Positions 1-6,743 of a stretch of 12,603 nt of DNA are shown piece after piece; the stretch's first letter is position 1, and each line of letters opens with the position of its first letter. The stretch covers positions 1 through 12,603 of the forward strand of contig JBDRIG010000028.1 of the NCBI GenBank assembly GCA_043816185.1, read 5' to 3'. This DNA comes from Elusimicrobiota bacterium. Lineage in GTDB: Bacteria > Elusimicrobiota > UBA8919. A program made the position numbers and the translations under genes. Under the pieces are notes generated by a model. That model worked only from the letters and a program-made list of their open reading frames with translations. It was not told the origin of the DNA and ran no database searches.

Positions 1-208
1 GTGTCATTTACAAATTTATATTCGTTTATCTCCACCCGTTTAGCGGGAAGGAAGCGTGTCAAAAGATGCTGATTTTTGACAAAGGGGATGCTATTTTCTA
101 CTTGACATGCTTTTCCATAGATGACCAAAAGTGGAGTTATAACACAGTCTCAACGACCAAGCTGAATTTAACAAAGTAGTGTTAGAAAACAATGTGAAAG
201 GAGATTTT

Positions 209-790
209 ATGGCCGATAAACCAAGAAACAAAAGAAAAACTGTAGTTATTAAGAAGGCATTACAGTTTAAGTGTATTATTTTTATTATTGTCGCGATGCT
301 CATCGTTGCTCTTAGTATTGGTTGGGATATTTATTATACTATGATGCGTGTAATCGCGGAATTAGATATTCAAGAATTATATCCAGTTATGACTAAAATT
401 AGTAATCTTATGTTTGGAAAACTTGTGATTCTCCTGGCTATATTTTTTATAGTTACCATTTTTATTTCACATAAGTTTGCAGGTCCGATATTTAGGCTTG
501 AAAAATCACTCGATATAATTGCCGGTGGCAACCTAACATATAGAATGTGTTTAAGAAATGGTGATGAACTTATTGAACTTCAAGACAAATTTAATAATAT
601 GGTCTCTGAAATTCAGAAAAAAATTTCTGTGGATAAAAACTTAGCAAAAATTGCCAATGAAAAACTTTTGACAATTTCCTCGCGACTTTCCAGACAAGAA
701 GCATTATCTTATGAACTTCCCAGGGTTTTGGAGGAGATTTCGGATTTAATTGCCGAATTGAATAAAATTTCTTCCGATTTTAAAGTTTAA
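209..790 (+). CDS. Membrane protein with two TM helices and a HAMP domain, no output domain
   Basis: ORF track 179..790. ATG at 209 follows the SD-like AAAGGAG (197-203). Two hydrophobic segments (CIIFIIVAMLIVALSIGW, LVILLAIFFIVTIFI) precede the HAMP-like ISHKFAGPIFRLEKSLDIIAGGNLT...GDELIELQDKFNNMV and a coiled tail. Confidence 0.75.
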   Translation: MADKPRNKRKTVVIKKALQFKCIIFIIVAMLIVALSIGWDIYYTMMRVIAELDIQELYPVMTKISNLMFGKLVILLAIFFIVTIFISHKFAGPIFRLEKSLDIIAGGNLTYRMCLRNGDELIELQDKFNNMVSEIQKKISVDKNLAKIANEKLLTISSRLSRQEALSYELPRVLEEISDLIAELNKISSDFKV

Positions 791-817
791 ATTAAACTAA
801 AATTAAGGGGTGATAAA

Positions 818-1072
818 ATGTTAGATACGCAAATTATTGTAGCTGTGATAAGTATTGTTGTAATGCTGATTGTACTTGGTAAAATTTCTCGACAATTAGA
901 CAGCATTATTAGGATGCTTGAATATATCGAGAAAGAAGAAGACAATATAAAAAATACAACAGAATGGAAATGGGAGATCATTAAGGCCAAATTGGATATT
1001 TTAACTAAAGAAGTAGAAGAAGAAATTGAAGGAAAAAAAGGTAGTGAGAAAGAAATAAATTGGCAAGGATAA
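818..1072 (+). CDS. Small hypothetical protein with an N-terminal TM helix and a charged coiled-coil tail
   Basis: 84 aa ORF with SD-like AAGGGGTG at ~804-812. Hydrophobic IIVAVISIVVMLIVL is followed by an E/K-rich region. Confidence 0.6.
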   Translation: MLDTQIIVAVISIVVMLIVLGKISRQLDSIIRMLEYIEKEEDNIKNTTEWKWEIIKAKLDILTKEVEEEIEGKKGSEKEINWQG

Positions 1073-1114
1073 TTTTTTGCTAAACAATTATAAATCTTAT
1101 AGGTGATTAACTAT

Positions 1115-1231
1115 CAGACCGTGTCACAATGAGCTAAAAAGTTGCATTTTTATAGAAGATAGCAACTGATGGTAAAATATGGTACTGCAATCCAACACTA
1201 GATGGTAAAAGATGGATTGCGACACAGTCTG
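1115..1231. mobile_element. 117-bp MITE-like element, copy 1
   Basis: Imperfect terminal inverted repeats CAGACCGTGTCACAAT / ATTGCGACACAGTCTG. It matches 8436-8552 with 6 differences in 117 nt by manual alignment. No transposase is encoded. Confidence 0.8.
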
Positions 1232-1477
1232 ATTGCAGGTGCCGCTGGTGAAATACCTTTGCAGATTACCTATAAATATTCCGGGATTTTAACGCGTACT
1301 ATTGAAGGGACTGCTTACTGGATAAAACAACTTCTCAACTCTCCGGAATACGCTAAAAAACTTTGTCTTAATGGGCATGAGCATGTAAAACAAGAGTTCC
1401 TTCTAACCCGCCATCTTCGTGATTATTTTCTTATGCTTCTATCGCTTAATTATTCAGATGATGTTGTCCATTTATAA
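1232..1477 (+). pseudogene. C-terminal fragment of a GT4 glycosyltransferase (TreT trehalose synthase-like)
   Basis: IAGAAGEIPLQITYKYSGIL...IKQLLNSPEYAKKLCLNGHEHVKQEFLLTRHLRDY resembles the TreT/GT4 C-terminus (GGIPLQI...G.EHV...FL.TRHL..Y). The ATG at 1202 used by the ORF track lies inside the MITE, and the N-terminal part of the gene is absent. Confidence 0.7.
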
Positions 1478-1500
1478 AATTAAAAGCTGGATTCAATAAA

Positions 1501-1644
1501 GATAGTGTATTCAAAAAAGAAAAATCTGTAAAGTGGAGATGTAGAAATTGTGGATATGTCCACGAAGGTGAATCTGTGTCAAATGAGTATTCTGCATGTG
1601 ATCATCCGAGAGCGTATTACGAACTTTTGTGTGAGAACCATTGA
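1501..1644 (+). pseudogene. Rubrerythrin C-terminal rubredoxin-like domain relic
   Basis: Manual translation from 1501 gives DSVFKKEKSVKWRCRNCGYVHEGESVSNEYSACDHPRAYYELLCENH*. This matches the rubrerythrin tail VF....WRCRNCGYVHEG...CPACxHP..YFEL..EN. The second CxxC has decayed to YSAC, and there is no start codon or ferritin-like domain. It is absent from the ORF track. Confidence 0.8.
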
Positions 1645-1661
1645 GGATATAGAGTATAAAT

Positions 1662-2606
1662 ATGAAAAACATAAAAATTAAAATTCCGGCGACGACGGCA
1701 AATTTTGGTAGCGGGTTTGATATACTCGGTACATCGTTGAAGTTATATAACGAATTGGAAGTCGAACAATTAAAAATTAAAAATGACGCTTCGCTAAAAT
1801 TAAAAATTGAAATTGTTGGCGAGGGAAAAGATACACTTCCAAAAGACGAGAGAAATATTGTGTATCAAGCAATGGGACTTGTCTTCGACAAGTTAGTTGA
1901 AAGTTGGAAGTCGGAAGTCGGAAGTTTAAAAATAAAACTGACAAACAGAATTCCTTTGGCAAGGGGTCTTGGAAGTTCTGCTGCTGCACGGTTGGGCGGG
2001 ATAGTTGCCGCCAACGAAATTTGTGGTAATAAACTTTCGGAGGATGAAATTATTCAGATTGTTTCAAAATTAGAGGGTCATCCAGATAATGTCGTGCCTT
2101 CCTTTTTTGGAGGATTATGCGTTTGCAGTTTTGATGAAAAAAATGTAAGATACACGAAAATAAAAATGCCTTCTGATTTAAAAGCGGTTTTGTGTATTCC
2201 TGATTTTGAATTATCAACCAATAAGGCAAGAGATATTTTGCCGAAGATGGTTTCGCACAAAGATGCAGTTTTCAATTCAAGTAGGGTTGCACTTTTTATA
2301 TCGGCGATTATTCAGAAAAAATATGATTTGCTGGAAATTGCGATGGACGACAAACTCCACCAGCCATACAGAAAAAAACTTATTCCAGGTATGGATGATG
2401 TTTTTAATTTTGCAAAAAAAGCTGGTGCACATGGCGTTTGTATTTCAGGAAGCGGTCCTACGATTTTAGCGGTTAGTAGTCAGAAATTAGCAGTTAAAAT
2501 CGGTAAATCTATGTGCCAAGCGTTTTCTAAAAACAATGTTAAATCAAAATATATCGTCCGCGATTTTGATAACGAAGGGATAAGAGTTGCTTGGAGGCAA
2601 GAGTGA
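1662..2606 (+). CDS. thrB: Homoserine kinase
   Basis: Motifs IPATTANFGSGFD, GHMP loop IPLARGLGSSAAA, EGHPDNV, DKLHQPYR and ISGSGPT. Confidence 0.96.
   Translation: MKNIKIKIPATTANFGSGFDILGTSLKLYNELEVEQLKIKNDASLKLKIEIVGEGKDTLPKDERNIVYQAMGLVFDKLVESWKSEVGSLKIKLTNRIPLARGLGSSAAARLGGIVAANEICGNKLSEDEIIQIVSKLEGHPDNVVPSFFGGLCVCSFDEKNVRYTKIKMPSDLKAVLCIPDFELSTNKARDILPKMVSHKDAVFNSSRVALFISAIIQKKYDLLEIAMDDKLHQPYRKKLIPGMDDVFNFAKKAGAHGVCISGSGPTILAVSSQKLAVKIGKSMCQAFSKNNVKSKYIVRDFDNEGIRVAWRQE
1894..1928 (+). repeat. Degenerate 7-bp tandem repeat inside thrB
   Basis: Units tagttga aagttgg aagtcgg aagtcgg aagttta, encoding LVESWKSEVGSL. Confidence 0.7.
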
Positions 2607-3586
2607 AATTACTTTCAATCAATGATAAAAAATTTAAAACGGTAATTGAAAAAAATACTTTCTATTTTTATAATCCTGTTTTTCAGGAAAAGTATGAAAG
2701 TTATATTAATTCTCTCACTGAGACATTGCTTGTTCTAAAAAATCAACTTGAAACCGAAGGAATAAAAAAAGAAATTTTTGAAAGATTGCTTGAAAACAAA
2801 TCTAACGGATTGAGATGTTTACTTGCTTTAACAGGTTTTTCAAATGAAAACTTAAAAAGATTGATTACAATCATTAGAGTTATTGAAAATCCGGAGTTAT
2901 CGAAATTAGTTTATAGGGAAAGGTGGATTGAAGAAGAAAAACTCACCGAGATTAAAGAATGGTCGGACACAAAAATTACAAAATTAGTCGCTGAAAATTC
3001 CTATTTTAGAAAAGGAATAGTTAATATATTTTTTGAAGGTTCTACCATTCCTTTCCTTGCCGATACACTTCCGTTATTTGAACTTAAAAAATTAAGTATA
3101 TCAAAATTAAAATTTGATATTCCCGCAATGATTGATACTCTTGTAAGGTATAAAGAAAAGGGTTCATATTCCGGTAAAGCGGAAAATAATCCGGAATTTT
3201 TATTGGAAAATATTCTAAAAGATTTGAATTTAACTTTTGAAAAAGGTGATTTGACAGAACTACTGAAAAATGAAAAAGTCGCAAAGCGTACAATGGATTT
3301 TATCATTCCGAATAAGAAAAAACCTAAAATTATTATTGAAAGTTCATTTCTTGTTACTACTTCTTCAGGTCAAGGAGATAAATCTAAAACCGAAGGGAAT
3401 ATTAATAGTTTGATAAAAAAATATTATCCAAAAGCAAAATTTATTGGTTTTGTTGACGGAATTGGATGGTATGTTCGTAAAGGAGATTTACAAAGAATGG
3501 TTTTTGCATATGACGAAGTTTTTACATTTCATAAATCCGAAATAGAACGGTTCCAGAATTTTTTGCTTAAAGTATTCAATTTATAA
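2603..3586 (+). CDS. Type II restriction endonuclease, DpnII/MboI-like PD-(D/E)xK C-terminal domain
   Basis: KRTMDFIIP...IIIESSFLVTTSSGQGDK...FIGFVDGIGW parallels the DpnII-family pattern KRFDF...IETNFY..GGSK...FVWITDG.GW. A methyltransferase gene follows immediately. GTG at 2603 has GGAGG at 2593-2597 and overlaps the thrB stop (GTGA); the ORF track starts at 2591. Confidence 0.75.
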   Translation: MKLLSINDKKFKTVIEKNTFYFYNPVFQEKYESYINSLTETLLVLKNQLETEGIKKEIFERLLENKSNGLRCLLALTGFSNENLKRLITIIRVIENPELSKLVYRERWIEEEKLTEIKEWSDTKITKLVAENSYFRKGIVNIFFEGSTIPFLADTLPLFELKKLSISKLKFDIPAMIDTLVRYKEKGSYSGKAENNPEFLLENILKDLNLTFEKGDLTELLKNEKVAKRTMDFIIPNKKKPKIIIESSFLVTTSSGQGDKSKTEGNINSLIKKYYPKAKFIGFVDGIGWYVRKGDLQRMVFAYDEVFTFHKSEIERFQNFLLKVFNL

Positions 3587-3588
3587 AA

Positions 3589-4575
3589 ATGATAAAAAAA
3601 TATTTGAATCACATTATCCAAGGTGATTGTTTGAAATTATTAAAAACTATTCCTGACAATAGTATTGATATGACATTTGCTGACCCGCCTTTTAATCTGA
3701 AAAAAAAATACAATGGTTATAGGGATAGTTTAGAGTTTCAGGAATATCTTAATTGGTGTGAACAATGGGTCTCTGAAATGGTCAGGATTACTAAATCAAC
3801 AGGGTCAATATTTATACATAATATACCCAAATGGTTGACTTACTATTCTGTGTACTTAAATAAAATTGCGGACTTCAAACATTGGATTTGCTGGAACGCA
3901 TCTACTGCACCTATGGGAAAGACATTACAACCGGCACATTATGGGATTTTATTTTATGCAAAAGAAAAAAGTAAGTTAAAATTTTATGAAATAAGATGTC
4001 CACATAAAAGAGAAAGAAAAAGTAGTTATTTGATGAAAGATTATGGTGGAAAAAAATCTCTTTTACATCCGTTTGGTCCTTTAGTATCTGATGTGTGGTC
4101 TGATATTTACAGAATAAAACATAATAAATTCAGAGATGAACATCCTTGCCAATTGCCTCTTCATTTGTTGGAGAGAATTATCTTGATGTCAACGGATGAA
4201 GGCGATATAGTTTTAGATCCATTTGCTGGGACTGGAACAACTGCGATTGCTGCAAAAAGATTGGGTAGGAATTATGTAGGATTTGAATTGGATAATAACT
4301 ATGTTGAAATTGCTAAAAACAAATTATTAAAAGAAAAATCAAATTCGAAATTAGGCAAGATATGGGCAAGTATTTATTTAGGGAAGGTTGCTACATTGAG
4401 AGATAAAGATTGGGAACATTTGAAAGAGTATTTTTATATACCCGAGGATATTACACAGATAGATTTTACTCCGATATTTCTTAAAGAGAATTTAAAAATT
4501 ACGACACCATTAAGGGATTACATAAATAATAATGTTGAAAAAATCACAAATAAAGATTTGTTTGATTTTAATTAG
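3589..4575 (+). CDS. Site-specific DNA amino-methyltransferase, beta class (N6_N4_Mtase), probably m6A
   Basis: IIQGDCL, catalytic motif IV DPPF, HPCQLP..LLERII, then SAM-binding motif I VLDPFAGTGTT. Motif IV before motif I defines the beta class. Confidence 0.93.
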   Translation: MIKKYLNHIIQGDCLKLLKTIPDNSIDMTFADPPFNLKKKYNGYRDSLEFQEYLNWCEQWVSEMVRITKSTGSIFIHNIPKWLTYYSVYLNKIADFKHWICWNASTAPMGKTLQPAHYGILFYAKEKSKLKFYEIRCPHKRERKSSYLMKDYGGKKSLLHPFGPLVSDVWSDIYRIKHNKFRDEHPCQLPLHLLERIILMSTDEGDIVLDPFAGTGTTAIAAKRLGRNYVGFELDNNYVEIAKNKLLKEKSNSKLGKIWASIYLGKVATLRDKDWEHLKEYFYIPEDITQIDFTPIFLKENLKITTPLRDYINNNVEKITNKDLFDFN

Positions 4576-4586
4576 GGTTTTGACTT

Positions 4587-4618
4587 TTCCTAATATCAAA
4601 ATCTCCTAATTTCCAAAT
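4587..4618 (+). repeat. Degenerate 8-bp tandem repeat
   Basis: Units ttcctaat atcaaaat ctcctaat ttccaaat, between the MTase gene and lysC. Confidence 0.55.
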
Positions 4619-4631
4619 CTCTGGTTTAAAT

Positions 4632-5843
4632 ATGAATAATCTTATTGTAATGAAGTTCGGTGGTTCGTCGGTAGCAACCACAGAAAAAATAAAAAATGTT
4701 GCCAATCGCGTAACGCAAAAAGCAAAAAAATTTCGTATTGTTGTTGTCGTATCTGCTCCTGGTGATATGACTGACGATCTGATAAAAAAAGCCAATGCTA
4801 TCACAGATTCGCCAGACCCGAGAGAAATGGACATGCTTCTTGCAACTGGCGAAATACAGTCAATATCGCTTCTTACGATGGCGATAAAATCAAATGGTTT
4901 TGACGCAATTTCTTTAACAGGTCCGCAGGCGGGAATTTATGCAGACAGTGTTCACACAAAAGCAAGAATCAGAAAAATCAAACCAAAAAAAATTATAGAC
5001 GAACTTAAAAAAAATAAAATTGTAATTGTAGCTGGTTTTCAGGGAATAAATCCTAACGATGATATTACAACGCTTGGACGTGGTGGCAGTGATTTAACTG
5101 CTGTTGCACTTGCTGCTATCCTTAAAGCAAAAGAATGTGAGATTTATACCGACGTGAAGGGTGTTTATACCACCGACCCACGTATTGTTCCCGATGCAAA
5201 AAAACTTGATATGATTTCTTACGATGAAATGCTGGAACTCGCTGGCGTAGGAAGTCAAATAATGATGGCTCGCTCAATTGAAGTAGCAAAAAAATATAAC
5301 GTAATAATTCATGTTCGTTCAAGTTTTTCGAATGAAGAAGGCACACTTATTATGAAGGAGGTTAACAAAATGGAGAATGTTGTTGTATCTGGTGTAGCAT
5401 TTGATAAAAACGAAGCTAAGCTTTCAATTACTGATATTCCCGATAAACCTGGAATTGCTGCAAAGATTTTCGGTGCTCTTGCGAAAAAAAATATAAATGT
5501 TGATATGATAATTCAGTCGGCCGCTAGTGAAAAATACAACGATATTTCGTTTACCGTCTCAAAAGACGATATAAAAATCGCCGTTTCGCTGTTAAAAAAT
5601 ATCTCTAAAAGAGTAGGTGGTGGTACGATTATTTTTGATGAAAATGTTGCCAAGGTCTCAATTGTAGGAATTGGAATGCGCAGTCATCCTGGTGTTGCAT
5701 CAAAAATGTTCAAGATATTTGCCGATAACGAAATAAATATACAGATGATTTCTACTTCTGAAATAAAAATTTCTTGCGTTATATCGGACAAGGATACCGA
5801 TAAAGCTGTAAAGATTTTACATAAAGGTTTTGGATTAGGATAA
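4632..5843 (+). CDS. lysC: Aspartate kinase (alpha subunit; kinase plus two ACT domains)
   Basis: Motifs VMKFGGSSVA, VVVVSAPGDMTDDL, TTLGRGGSD, IYTDVKGVYTTDPR and C-terminal ACT domains ending ISTSEIKISC. Confidence 0.97.
   Translation: MNNLIVMKFGGSSVATTEKIKNVANRVTQKAKKFRIVVVVSAPGDMTDDLIKKANAITDSPDPREMDMLLATGEIQSISLLTMAIKSNGFDAISLTGPQAGIYADSVHTKARIRKIKPKKIIDELKKNKIVIVAGFQGINPNDDITTLGRGGSDLTAVALAAILKAKECEIYTDVKGVYTTDPRIVPDAKKLDMISYDEMLELAGVGSQIMMARSIEVAKKYNVIIHVRSSFSNEEGTLIMKEVNKMENVVVSGVAFDKNEAKLSITDIPDKPGIAAKIFGALAKKNINVDMIIQSAASEKYNDISFTVSKDDIKIAVSLLKNISKRVGGGTIIFDENVAKVSIVGIGMRSHPGVASKMFKIFADNEINIQMISTSEIKISCVISDKDTDKAVKILHKGFGLG
5370..5843 (+). CDS. lysC: Aspartate kinase beta subunit from an in-frame internal start
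   Basis: Strong SD AAGGAGG at 5355-5361 lies 8 nt before an in-frame ATG at 5370 (Met247, MENVVVSG) at the kinase/ACT boundary, as in Bacillus subtilis AKII and Corynebacterium glutamicum lysC. Confidence 0.7.
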   Translation: MENVVVSGVAFDKNEAKLSITDIPDKPGIAAKIFGALAKKNINVDMIIQSAASEKYNDISFTVSKDDIKIAVSLLKNISKRVGGGTIIFDENVAKVSIVGIGMRSHPGVASKMFKIFADNEINIQMISTSEIKISCVISDKDTDKAVKILHKGFGLG

Positions 5844-5899
5844 ACTTTATAATACAGAACATATAAAAAGAAAATATTGTTTTAAATATTTCTCCGTAT

Positions 5900-5952
5900 A
5901 AAAGTGACTTTCTTCGAAGAATTCTTCGAAGAAAACAGGTCGCTTTTTTTTT
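5900..5952 (+). terminator. Probable intrinsic terminator after lysC, containing a 26-bp perfect palindrome
   Basis: AAAAGTGAC pairs with GTCGCTTTT around TTTCTTCGAAGAATTCTTCGAAGAAA (5909-5934). A T9 run occupies 5944-5952. Confidence 0.65.
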
Positions 5953-5954
5953 AT

Positions 5955-5982
5955 TTGCAATTTTTTAATTATTTTGTATAAT
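5955..5982 (+). promoter_or_regulatory. Sigma70-type promoter for the DUF5674 gene pair
   Basis: TTGCAA (5955-5960), a 16-bp spacer and TATAAT (5977-5982). Confidence 0.55.
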
Positions 5983-5993
5983 AAATGAGTTAT

Positions 5994-6341
5994 ATGAAAA
6001 TTATAGAAGTCAAAATTAAAAAAAGCGAACTCATAGAAAAATATTTGAATTGTTTTAAAACGATTATTAAAGCAGTTGTTGATATTGAAAAAAAAATAAT
6101 TAGCGTAGATGCGGAACTTCACGCTGATTTAGAAGCATTGCTTTTAGAAAATGGTTCGAAACAGGAAAATCTGTGGGGAATAAATTTATATCCATTTAAG
6201 GAAAAAACGGATTTTGTGGAATATACCGCATTGATAAATATTCGACCTTCTCAAAACAACCGTTCTATGGAGATCGAAAGTGCAGAAATAAGAGAAAAAA
6301 TAAAAATTATCATTGATAAACAAATAGAGTATGACTCTTAA
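5994..6341 (+). CDS. DUF5674-like protein of unknown function
   Basis: IKAVVDIEKKIISVDAELHADLEALLLENGSKQENLWGINLYP...EYTALINIRPSQNNRSMEI matches my recollection of the DUF5674 pattern. The start is 5994 or 5985. Confidence 0.75.
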   Translation: MKIIEVKIKKSELIEKYLNCFKTIIKAVVDIEKKIISVDAELHADLEALLLENGSKQENLWGINLYPFKEKTDFVEYTALINIRPSQNNRSMEIESAEIREKIKIIIDKQIEYDS

Positions 6342-6669
6342 ATATCACAAAACACTGACGGAAGAAAAATGGTTACAGTTTCCGCTTCATAAGCAGATAC
6401 TAATGATCGCTAACGAATTAAACAGGGCAAAAAACTGGATTATCAAAAATGATTCGCAAGAAGTAAAAAACTGTTACGAAAGAGCGTTTGAACTTATTGA
6501 TTTAACCGTGGCAGTTTCGACAGGTAAGAACTTATTAAGAGAATTTTTGCGATTCAGAGAGATACTTGCTCAATTGTATTCGGAAAAAGAAAATAATGCC
6601 GAAATGAATCAAAAACTTTATAATGTCTTGTTATTGCTAAATAAAGAGAGTTATAATTTATTGGCGTAG
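6331..6669 (+). CDS. Small all-helical hypothetical protein, partner of the DUF5674 gene
   Basis: 112 aa ORF overlapping the upstream gene by 11 nt. W...P..KQILMIANELNRA...CYERAFELIDLT...RE..R.RE has an amphipathic helical-bundle pattern. Confidence 0.65.
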   Translation: MTLKYHKTLTEEKWLQFPLHKQILMIANELNRAKNWIIKNDSQEVKNCYERAFELIDLTVAVSTGKNLLREFLRFREILAQLYSEKENNAEMNQKLYNVLLLLNKESYNLLA

Positions 6670-6743
6670 AAATTTACTATCGAAGATGATTGGATGCCAA
6701 TAAATCATACTAAAAATATATCTAAATTTTGGAGTCTCGTTTT

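Noticed and set aside
1115..1231. Amino acid riboswitch, T-box or attenuator interpretation of the repeated element
   Set aside because: No T-box motif, lysine-riboswitch features or leader peptide are visible. Copy 1 is ~430 bp from thrB, behind two relics. TIRs and a candidate TSD fit a MITE better.
1202..1477. Intact 91-aa gene
   Set aside because: The start codon lies within the MITE, and the remainder is only a glycosyltransferase C-terminus.
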